Positions 12,235-23,500 of a stretch of 64,000 bases of DNA are shown here, piece after piece; the stretch's first letter is position 1, and every line of letters begins with the position of its first letter. The notes below the pieces were generated by a model, which did not search any database, was not told the origin of the DNA, and saw only the letters and a program-made list of their open reading frames with translations. Origin of the DNA: Macrostomum lignano (lineage: Eukaryota). Made by a program: the position numbers and the translations under genes. The DNA lies in the NCBI GenBank assembly GCA_002269645.1, contig NIVC01002200.1:130216-194215 (forward strand), written 5' to 3'.

Positions 12235-12405
12235 ATCTCCACCTAAGGCATGACTGTATTAAAATAAACTCCTGTTCAATCCCCACCTAAGGCGTGACTA
12301 TATTAAAATAAATTCCTGTCCAATCCCCACCTAAGGCATGACTGTATTAAAATAAATTCCTGTCCAATCCCCACCTAAGGCGTGACCATATTAAAATAAA
12401 TTCCT
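12235..12405. repeat. 44-bp tandem repeat (~4 copies) upstream of paralog B
   Basis: Matches the older units at 6047-6180 but lacks the expanded 43-bp array. Confidence 0.85.
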
Positions 12406-14529
12406 ATAATAATTACCTAATTTGTCCCATCTTATTTAGGGCATACCTGATGTTTAACCGTATGCTTATACATACATGCCCAACACCCATCTAACCTATT
12501 CAAACCAGACAGATAAAATGGCTGCAGGCCAAGGTAAGTCACAAAATCAAAAATGCGAAAAACAAAAATTGGGGGGAGAAATAAAGGAGAGGAAAAGAAA
12601 AGGAAAAGAAAGGAAGGAGAAGAAGGAAAGGGAAAGAGGAGAAATAAAGAGAAGAAAAAAGAAAAGGCAAGAAAAGTCATATACAAAGTGAAAATTAAGT
12701 TGCAATTAGGGGAACTAAGTCACAATGGGGTGGAACTAAGTCCCAAATCTGGGCAAAACTAAGTTGCACTGGATGGGTGAAATTTTGAGGTTTTATGTAT
12801 GTGCTTTTAAATACCAAATGGACAATATTTAATACAAATATGCAGATATTTAAATGAAATAAATCAAACAAAATAGAATTTACCTACAAAAATATAAAAA
12901 AACTTAAAAAAGAAGCAACAAAAATGTATATTATTTTTGCCTAACAACTTTAGCAAACTGTAGCAAGTTGCAAAATAAGTGTACAAAAGCTTGTTATAAA
13001 TAAGAATACATATACATGGATAAATACAATTTAGTTAAATCTATAATCTATAATATATATTAGTATATATTAACAAGTTCTGAAAGATTGGATCACAACT
13101 GGCTTATATTTAGCATATCAGTTGACTGGCTGAATTGTGTCACTATAAAACATGATTTCCATCATAAGACTGCATTAAAACTTAGAATTGATTTGGATTG
13201 AATTATTATTGCCTTTTGATTTTCTTGCCAACTTTAATAGAGAAATGATATTGACTGAGAAAATTGATTGCATTATATTTGTCTCCTATATGACTTTTAC
13301 TGACTTGATTTGAGAGCAGATTTATAATATAAGTCATATAGTTCTTGTCATTGAGTGGTCAAAAGCCAGATTAGACATGAACAGGCTGAAATTTTAATAT
13401 AGCAACCTGCTTTAAAATTTTGATTTTTAGAAGTTCTTTCAAAGATGAAAATAAAAAATTAATGAACAAAACAAAAAAACAAAAACTAACAATATAAGAG
13501 CATTCTTTTAAAATGCACTAGGCATGACACAAGATGATTGGCAATACATGCTGATGGATCAACTTGGAAGAGAATCGCTGCATGTCATTATTCCGCAAGA
13601 TCGCAGGCTAGGAGCTCCACTGCACTCGAAAGTTTGCTTAGTGTATCAATATGCAACCCTTTATTTGAACGCTTATAACATTATCAACAATTTTTGTACC
13701 ACTTGTTTTGTTGTGTTCCTGCGTATCATTTTCTAAATATATAGTTTCCGACAGTACATCATTTTGTAATTTCGTAAAACCACCCATTTGTTTTCAATAC
13801 GGTTCTCACTTAGCTTGAAAAAATGTCTCACTTTGACTTTACTTGCAAGGCGCGCCCAAAAAGCTGGGCTGCAGCGAGGGGTAGCCATAGACAATAGTGT
13901 TTTTGCTATTCAGTCTCAGATTGCTTGAAAAATGTCTCACTTAGCATGCAAAAACCAATATCAGCCTGAGCTGAGCTGAGCCTAGGGCGTGGCTAATAAG
14001 CCAAGAAAATATTATTAGGCCTAGTTAAATAATTCATTTAGAATCTGACTTAGGTCTACCTTGGAAGTCTATCACTTCCATTGTGTTGCCATGGCTACCC
14101 ATCACACTTATAATCTTCCAAATCAGTTTCACTTTCTGGCTTAAATAAATAAATTGTTCCACCTTGGGGTCGAAACAGTGTTGTCGCAGCTGGCCCGGCC
14201 GGGCCCCGAAAATACCAACACCGTATACGATCCCATCGCTATTATAATACGTCCTAAATGAAATAAAAGGTGATATTTTATTTTATGACAGATAATTCTC
14301 CTAACTATTTAATTAAATGCAACTATTGATTGTTTTCTGTACTGAATTAGTTTTTGTTAATATGCGTCAACTTATTTGAGATGGGTGTTTTCCAGAAAAG
14401 AGATCTGGCAACGAGCTGTGCAATTCGATCACGGACACGTCAATTTATCAAATCAAGTTAGTTAGGCCTACAGGCTACATGTCCAATCAGACTATTGTTA
14501 ACTTAACTTGAAAACAATTGATATCTGAC

Positions 14530-17500
14530 ATGGAGTTACAAGAACATGTTTTAGTTACACGTGTTGATAATGTGTCGATTTTAAAGATTGGTTCGCCTCC
14601 TCAAGTTTCTGCATGTCTTTCACTGACATCATATTTTTCTGTGTTTTTTACTTCAGATGGAAGACAAATCGTAAGTAAAATTGATTCTCTTGCTTTTCAA
14701 GTCATACTGTCTTGAAATATTAAACTCCAAAATAATTTTTAAGTAAAAAGTTATCCTAGCATTCCTAATTCAATTCGTAATCACCCATGGTCAAGAAGGT
14801 GCACCATGTGCACCGCAACAAATCCCCAGTCAAATTTTTAACTGTGCACTGTAGGCCAGGTAAAAAAGTGCATGTGCACCAAGAAAAAGAAATTTGCACC
14901 TTGTATTAGGCCTAGTAGCTAGTAGCTATTATATAGCAATGTAACAAATTATAGGTTTTGCAAAATGCATCAGTCATAAAAGAAAGCAAAAAAGCACGAT
15001 TCTAAAAAAATAAATGTCCATATCATCCTCAGACTTCGATTCAGCCAGTTCACAGTTGTAGACTTAACATCCAATGAATAATCAGACTTCTTCAAGTTTA
15101 TGTTGATAAAATATTTCCAATTTTTATGAATATTAAATTAAAAAATCACAAGCAATATTAACCATTTTGCAATTATAATGTACAGTGAATATAAATAACT
15201 TTATCAAGTTGGATATTGAGTTTTGTTATAATGTCAAATAATTGCCACATTATGGTTTCCTATTTTTTAAATTTGCCATATCTATAATGTGCTGACAAAC
15301 AACTTATACATTCTGATTTGTTGCTATCTTTGCCATTGTGGTCAACATTAATCTCTTGCCAAATGAATTAGTGATATAAATAATTAATCATGTTATAAAT
15401 GTCTTGACTTACTTGACTTAGCTGCAGGGGGGCTCTGCGCGTCCGGAAACAGTGAGGAGGCGTTGCCACCCATTTTGCTAACCCCTGGCGACCACGGGCA
15501 GCTAGTGCTGCAGTGTCACATAGGGAGTTCTGGTGGTGCTGGTGTCCGCAATACGGTCCCCCTCCGGAGAGTCCAGGAGCTGGATGTTCGCTCGCCCAGT
15601 AGCCCTTAGGTAGCGGACGAGCTGGCAGAGATTCTCGGGCCTGAAAACGTTGGAGAGGTCCAGGTTTGGGCCAAGGTAGGTAAGCCTGTCCTGAGTAAAG
15701 GCGGGGCATTCACAGATGAAGTGCTCCGCATTCTTGATACCAGAGAGGCAGAAAGGGCATTCCTCACTGCAGATTTTCTCCTGGAGGTAACGATGCCAGG
15801 CAAAGCAGCAATGACCTGAAAGGGCCATGGTCACCACCCTGATGTCCCTGCAGTTAAGTCCAAGCAGGGCCCTGCAGGGCGGAGGAGGGACAGGGGATAG
15901 CCGCGTGGGATTGCCGGCAGTCGGGGGCGTTGGCCCACCTCTCCCTGTGCTTAGAAGCCACCCACTGGTTGATCCGAGTGGTGACAACGGCGATGGGGGT
16001 GGGGGCCACAGGCAGGGGACCAGTGAAAGAACCAGTCGAGCCAGCCTTGGCCAGGCGATTGGCCAGCTCGTTGCCAGGGTGGCCCGAATGCCTGGGGATC
16101 CACCTTAGGGACACCTTGTTGGAGGCGCCTAAGCGGTTGAGCTGCCCAATGCAGTCAAGGACTGTATGCGAGCAGGTGGTGGTGCGCTCAAGGGCGTGAA
16201 TTGCCGCTTGACTGTCCAAGTGGAGGGTAATTTCCTTCCCCCAGACGTGCTGATTGTACAGCTCCATGGCGCAGGAGCTGATGGCGAGAACTACGTTCTG
16301 GAAGACGGTGGAGCAGGTGCCAGTGTGTTGGGAGAAGGTCGCCACAGTTCTCTCTCCAGACACGATGCAGTAGCTGTATCCAGAGGCGGAGTTGATTTGG
16401 GACCCATCAGGGAAGCAGTGGATTTCATAAGGTTTCCAGTTGTCTCTCGCTTCATGGCGTGGTGGAATGCTGGTTTTGAATTTGAGCGGGGGGCAGAGCG
16501 TGGACGGGATTCCGTCTGAGAGGGTCAGCAGGCCTCTCGCTGCTTCCAGGTCTTGCAGGCTGAGGTCGCCATGTGGCCAGAGGTTCTGCTTTCTGAAGGC
16601 AAACTGCTTCTGGATTTGGACACCCGCGTCAAGCAGATGACGGGTGGTTTTCATTGCCTCCCCTCTAATAAAGAGGTCGAGGGGGGGAATGTCCAAGAAG
16701 GAGTTCATGCCAGCGAAGGGCGTAGAGGGAGCCGCGCTCATGATAGCTCGACAAGCGCGGCCTTGCACCCTATTTAAAACCTCAAGAACCCCTTTCACCT
16801 CTAGGGCACTGTTCCAAATGAAGCCGGCAAAGGAGATGGCCGGTCTAACAATGGCAGTGTGAATCAACCAGAGGCGGCGGGGGGTGAGGCCCCAGGTAGC
16901 ACCGAAAGCTCTGCGGATCTGCGCGAGAGTCGCGAGAGCTTTGCGGGCTTTTGTTTGGACGTGTGGGGTCCAGCTCAACCTGTGGTCGAGGGTGACGCCC
17001 AGACATCTAGTTTGTTTCTCCATGGCAACAGGTTTGCCATAGAGGGAGAGCGGTTCGATCCTCCAGTTTCGGCGGCTAGTGAACATGATAGCCACAGTTT
17101 TAGACTCAGAGAACCTGAGGCCGCAGCTATGTGCCCAGCGATCGGCACAGTGAATGAAGGCTTGAAGGAGGTCCCTGAGGACCGCAGGCGATGGTCCAGC
17201 CACAGTGGTGGTACACTGTAATTTTAAAAGGTCCGAAAAAGGGTCCGACGAGGGTCCGCAGTTAGGGTCCGGACCGTCGCTATATAGGGACCCATAGGGG
17301 TCCGGTTTTTCAAGGAGGTCCATAATTAGGGGTCCGAAAAAAGGTCCACGATGGTCCGTTCTTAGGGATCCATTTTAGGGTCCGCAGCGTCGCTATATAT
17401 GGACCCTCAAAAGAGGGGTCCGAAAAAAGGTCCACGATGGTCCGTTCTTAAGGGTCCATTTTAGGGTCCGCAGCATTGCTATAAACGGACCCTCAAAAGA

Positions 17501-20500
17501 GGGGTCCAAAAAATGGTCCACTTTTTCAGGTCGCTCACGCTCCTTTTTATTATACAGAAAGAGCCCGCCAAAAGGAAAAAATGAAAAAGGCGAATACTAT
17601 TTCCCAAAAACGAGTTGTAGGAGGCAGCAATCTGTAGGCTTTGCTAATCAGGTATTGGCAATTGCAAAGATAATGATGTTTGCAATTCTTATATTATATT
17701 ACTAATTTTGTACTATGCATAATGTATTGCCACAATGGCAAAAACCATTAGAATAGGTGTTCTATAATTCAACACAACACCTAATTCAAAATTGTGTCAC
17801 TTACACGCAACATACAAATAGGAAGGGAAAGTGAAAAATACGGCAAGCTTTAAGAACAGGTAGCATCTGCAAGACGTGAAAGTGGAGAAGACGACACACA
17901 ATACACAAATAGGAAGGGAAAGTGGAAAATCAGTTGTAAATGTCAGTTAGCCAAGTGCATCGAGAAGAGTTTTTGCAGGGCGCCGCGAAACAGCGCTGCA
18001 CTTCCAGAGCTTCGACAGAACCTCAATGGCTTCCAGAAATGATTCAATGCACGGGATATGCTGCAGATTGAAAGCCACAAAGCACGCGGTGAAGCAGACA
18101 ATGATGTCTCCAGGGGAGTCAAAAAGCAGCTCGGCTCCATTGATAGAGACACCGCACCAGACATCACCCTCACCCTGCTGAATGATGTGGATGGGCAGCT
18201 CAGGCAAAAAAATGACTGATGGATTGCAGCCAGTGCGGCCAAGAAGAAGGCAAAATGCTGCAGCAATCTTCTTCTCATCGTCATCAGTGTCCACCAGGAA
18301 AGGCTGGCACATCTTGTAGTTTTTCATTGTGATTCTCTTTGGCCAGACACGCTGAAGAAGTGCTGTGCGGATGTTCTTGCCGATGTCGCTTGGCGACTCT
18401 GGCAGAATGTAGTCCGTTTTGGTGTTGCTTCTGTACGTGTCAATCATGAGGTAGGCCTCCTGCAGGATGACCGGGCAGAGGACGAGTGGCTTGTACAGGT
18501 TCACCTGCTCCTTGATGGTTAGTTCCTGGCAACGCAAAATTCTGACAGCGAAGAGATCCTTCATGGCTTCAAGGACGTCGTTGATCTGCATTAGGTTGAA
18601 GCTCTGGTTGAGGGACTTCCAGGCCTCCTCATGCCTTGGTGGAACCTCGTCGATCTCACAGGAGCCCAGGTAGACGCTCTTAGCAATACTGCAAGCATCT
18701 GACTGGTCCAGTAGGAGGCGCTTCTCTTTAGGCTCTTTGACTGGGTCAACGTCTTCTTCAGAATCACCGCCGTCATCTGCCACCACCGCTGCTTCAATAT
18801 TGGCATGCTTCTCTGCAGCGTCCAAGGGTACACGCTTGCATCTGAACTTCTCCCGGCTGTTTAAAACCATGGGACTGCTGCATTGGGGCAGGATCTTACT
18901 GCGCAGCTCTTTCAGTCGACGAGTAATCTTGACCCGCCAGAACTGACAGCCATCTGGTGAAGTGTCGCTGAGGCCCGGGTAAGTCAAAATAATTGCATTG
19001 CAAACGTCCCGTATCTCACCAGCGGATAGGTATGGGTTGCTCATTGACTTGTAGTTCCGGAAGATGTCATTTATCGTGTACTTCAGAAACGTATTCACAA
19101 ACGTCGCTTTCATCTTAAAATCTTCGCCACGTTTCGGATTGCGACGCAGATCTTGCAGCGCCTCATCCAAGTCTAGCATCCGCGGCAGCCGGTAAAGAAG
19201 TGGCCATGGCTTACTTCCTTCAGCAGAAGCTGCACTTGTCGAGGCTGCTGCAGTCTGATCGTCAGGCGCTGTGTCGCCGGCAGTCTCGCTTCCTGAAGCG
19301 TCATTACTCGGCAGCGTAGCCACATTGCTAGCTGCTGGTGCTGGAGGTGCCCAAGCCTCCCCTTGATGCAGGAAGATAAGCTCGGTCTTGCTAGCTGCCA
19401 GGTCAGGCAGGAAGTCGTCATCATCCACCACAAAGCCATCTGCCGTGACAACCTGAATCTCGCAGGTAGTCTCCAGCTCCAGTTTTGCACATCCCTGCTC
19501 AAGAAGCTGGTTGAATGAGGACGGCTTGACTAGCCTCTTCCGTGAACCATCACGATTGGTGATTCGCAGCTGAAATTAGAATTTGACATATGAAGATGAT
19601 TAAATCTAATAGGTAACACAGGCAAAACAGACATTGTGCTCATCTATTTCATCATCTCAAATGAATGTCAAATTCTAATTCCAGTATACACTACATGGAG
19701 AATAACAGTGAGATACAAATCTTCCTTGTTCCTTGAGATATGTTGAGATATGATATGTTCCTTGAGATATGAAATGTTCCTTGAGATAATATCGGCACAG
19801 CATATCGATTGCTTGTAGTTGCAGTCTTATAATGAAAACCTTTATATGTGAGACTATTAGTAGAAAAGCAAAAATGGCCTATATCACTTCTTTTGATTTC
19901 AAATTTTTCACATAATTTAATTTGATCTGGAAGAAATAAAATAGAATTAAGTTGAACAGCTGTTGAATGAGAACAATTATAATTAATTGGCACAAGGTGC
20001 TTAATTGTTAGAGCTTTTTGAACTTGGAGCTTTTTTGCACATGTGTATGAGACATTAATATAATTCTTAGATTTTCTACTACTTTCTTTTACTACCCGAT
20101 GATGGGCTTCACTTCTCATTGACCAAAGATAATATAAACCATTATAAAAAGAAAATAAAGAAGGATAATGGCATATATAATGCAATTTGCATTTATATTT
20201 TGGATTACCCTTTGCAAGCTTATATATAAGTTCTATTTGTGCTGCAACTAAAAACTTTAAATAGTCTATACTAATTGTTTGGCTACAAGATATTGGTGCA
20301 AAAAAAAAATAATAATAATAATAGTTACGCCCCACGCCAGCCACGGGAGTGGCCAAGAGGGGGGGAGCGTCAAATCGCGCGTTTCAGAGCCAGGTCTCTA
20401 ATGTGCTTCACACCGGCCGTCTGGCTGGGTGCTCGCGCATCTTCAAAAAGGCGGTCGACGTAGCGGGCTGATCGTCCCTGACCACGCCTGCGCGGTCCCT

Positions 20501-23500
20501 GCGGGGTCCACAGCAGGACGTCCTGCAGCGGCTCTGGGCAGTAGGCTTCGGCCCGGATGACATGTCCGGCAAGCCGCAGGCGCCGCTGACTCAGCAGGGC
20601 AGAAGGCCGCGTCAGGCCTGTGCGTTTGTACAGGGACTCGGTTGTCTCGCTGCCAGGGCCGCGGCGGGCGCCGAAAGCGGCGCGGACTAGGGCCGCATGC
20701 GCCGCGTCGAGCTGCGCCTCAAGCGCCCCGGTCAGCGTCCAGGTCTCAGCATTGTACAGCAGGGCGGTCTCAACAACCGCCTGGAACAGCTGGGACCTGG
20801 CGCCGTCGGACAGGGCCTCGGAGAGCAGCACCGCCCGCACAGATCGGAAGGCAGCCCAGGCCTTGCCGCGCCGTCTCGCTAGGTCGTCACCGACGTCCGG
20901 CACCAGTCCGCCGAGGTAGACGAACTGAAGGCACTTCGGGAGCGCCGTCCCGGGGCCGTCGCCGTCTCGAAGTCGAATCTCGGCGGGTAGATCATGCGGC
21001 ATCGTCAGCACCTCGGTCTTCCTGGCGTTGATGACGAGACCGACCCTCGCCGCCGCCGCAGTCAGGCCGTCCAGCAGCCGTTGGGCGCCTTCGGCCGTGG
21101 AAGACAGCAGGGCGAGGTCGTCCGCGTAGCCAAGGACAGACAGTTTCTTCTCCGGGTGCCATCTACTGGTGCGCCTTTGCAGCAGAAAGCCGTCCTCTGA
21201 TGTCGGCAGGCCGGTCCTGAGCACCCAGTCCATCACCAGCACGAAGAGAAAGGGCGCCAGAGTGTCACCCTGTAGCACTCCGGAGGTCGTGCTAAACAGG
21301 TCCGACGGTCCGTCTGGCGTCGCTACCGCGGCGGTGGTGTCCTGATACAGCGCCATGATGGCGGAGATCAGCTGCTGCGGTACGTTGTAGGCACGGAGCA
21401 CGTGAGGCAGCGCGCCGCGCGCCACCGAGTCGAAGGCCTTGAGGAAGTCAACAAAGATGACGATAAGGCTTGACTGGTGGATGCGCGCCTCCTCGATGAT
21501 GCGGCGGAGGGCCAGGATCTGCGTCACCGTACCGCGATGGGGGCGGAACCCGTTCTGCTCGTACCGCAGGAACGAGTCCAGCACGGGCTGTAACCGTGCT
21601 AATAGCACCCGGTTGAACAGCTTCGCGGTACAGGACGTGAGCGAGATTCCACGATGCTCCTCCTTCCGTGTAGTGCCCGGCTTCTTCGGGATGCCGACGA
21701 TGTTGGCCTGGGTCCACTCGCGGGGCGCGGGGCCTCCCGCCAGGACGCCGTTCATCACGCGGGCCACCTCAGTGGCAACCCTTGTGACTCGCAGCGCCTC
21801 GACGGGGACCTCGTCCGGGCCGGGCACTTCATTCTGGCACTTCCAACCTTGTGCAGTTGATTGCACCAATCCACTTGCGGCAATTGATTGAAGTGCGCTA
21901 AAAAATGCAATGACTTCTGGCTTTTTGTTAAATCTGTTGTGTCCATAAACCAGGCTGAACAAGTTCTGTATAAATTATGAAACGAAGCATGAAACAAGTT
22001 TTATTCAGTTTTGATTTCTGAATAATTTAAGTTATTCAGCTACAATTACAAATACTATATGACTGTACAATTCAAAATGTTTAAATTTAATGATTGACTT
22101 TTGCAATAGATTTATTTGCAATGATTCTATGTAGTTCTATTGTTTATTGTCTATTATTAATATTTGTAAAACATAAATTTAGTAAAATGCTGGACTTACA
22201 AAGTCATACCATGAAGAAGTTTGAAAAGCTTATAAAAATACTCACCTCCACATGATCCTGAGTCAGTCTTCTAGTACAGACATAGTCAAAGCTATCCATA
22301 AGGATTAGAGATTCTGCCAGTTTTGAGATTGATGCAATTGAAGTCAGCCACAGGCCTTGAATTTTGTAGTCATTTTTGCAGCACGACAGCCTAAAGGGTG
22401 AAATATCCGGCTCTTGACAAACTTGCTAAACTGCTGTAGGCTTGCTAGTTGGTCATAGAATTTTTCCTTAGAGATGGGCTGCTTATATTCCTTGCCAAAT
22501 ACATGAATGGAGTTTAACATGCCGGATACACTGTCAACCTCATCAGCAAACTCGGCTGTCTGTAGAGCTTACTTAGGCATCTCTTGATGATGAACAAGAA
22601 TTTTAATCCCACTGGCATTCGAGTGGCTTAAAACTTGAGCAGCCAACAAGACTTTCATCTTCTAGGCCATTTGCAAATTGAAATGGGTGTCATCTAACTT
22701 GTTTGCCAATTTCAGATGAAGACTGCTGTCTATATTATAGAAGCAGACAATGTGTTGCCACTGAGCCACCTTACAACCATCAAATTCGATATTGTTTTTG
22801 ATGAGAGCGTTTCTCAAACTTTTTAGTCAATGGGGCACATCAATGAAAACATAAGCTGCTTCCTTTGTAATTGGATGGCACAGGAATGGTCTTTCTGGAC
22901 TGTTTTGATAAGTATGCCCACTGTGTTGTTTCCTGATCTGCAAAAATAGTGACAACTCGAATTCCTGCATTATGACTGGCTGTCAAGCACTCGTTAATGG
23001 CGTTTTCAAATCCTTCCTGACACTGGGGATCTGTAAACCGGATAATAAGCAATAGTTTGTCTCCAGTCTCGTCTAACACCTTGCAGTACACCAACTACAG
23101 CTTCGTTCACAACTGGAGGAAAACACTTGCCACTGCCTCTGGTCTGCTTAGATGCAGGGTCAAAGCAAACAATCTCGTCGCAATGCTGGTCATATCGAAT
23201 TGAATATTGATGAAGACAGACTTCAGAAGACAGACAGATGCGTTCATGGTCAGGTGCTGTAGTATTTTCTCAGACAAGGAGCGCATGGTCATGCTGCATA
23301 CACCAGTAGTGCTGAAGAACAGCCGAGTCCGCCTCTTGATCAAAGATTCCGACGGAATCGTCAAATTCCAGTTGCTTCTTAGCAATCAATAAGCAGCTGG
23401 ACTCTTGTGCCGCAGTTGTATCGCCGATGATATGTCTCGGTTGGACCATCGCATGCCATGATAGTGTCTGGGCTCGTGCTAGATGAAGCTGAAGCTTATT

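Noticed and set aside
13524-13736. 70-aa ORF, and similar short ORFs at 27692-27913, 41021-41281, 53339-53735 and 60715-60951
   Set aside because: No recognisable motifs or consistent splice partners; likely UTR or intergenic sequence.
20292-21870. 10-bp match ATTGGTGCAA / TTGCACCAAT around the RTE taken as a TSD
   Set aside because: It is inverted rather than direct and lies ~35 nt from the junction; probably chance.
21831-21965. Upstream continuation of the EnSpm transposase
   Set aside because: It splices in phase to QDHVE and reads NLFSLV...KKPEVIAF, which fits the P-transposase last exon better.
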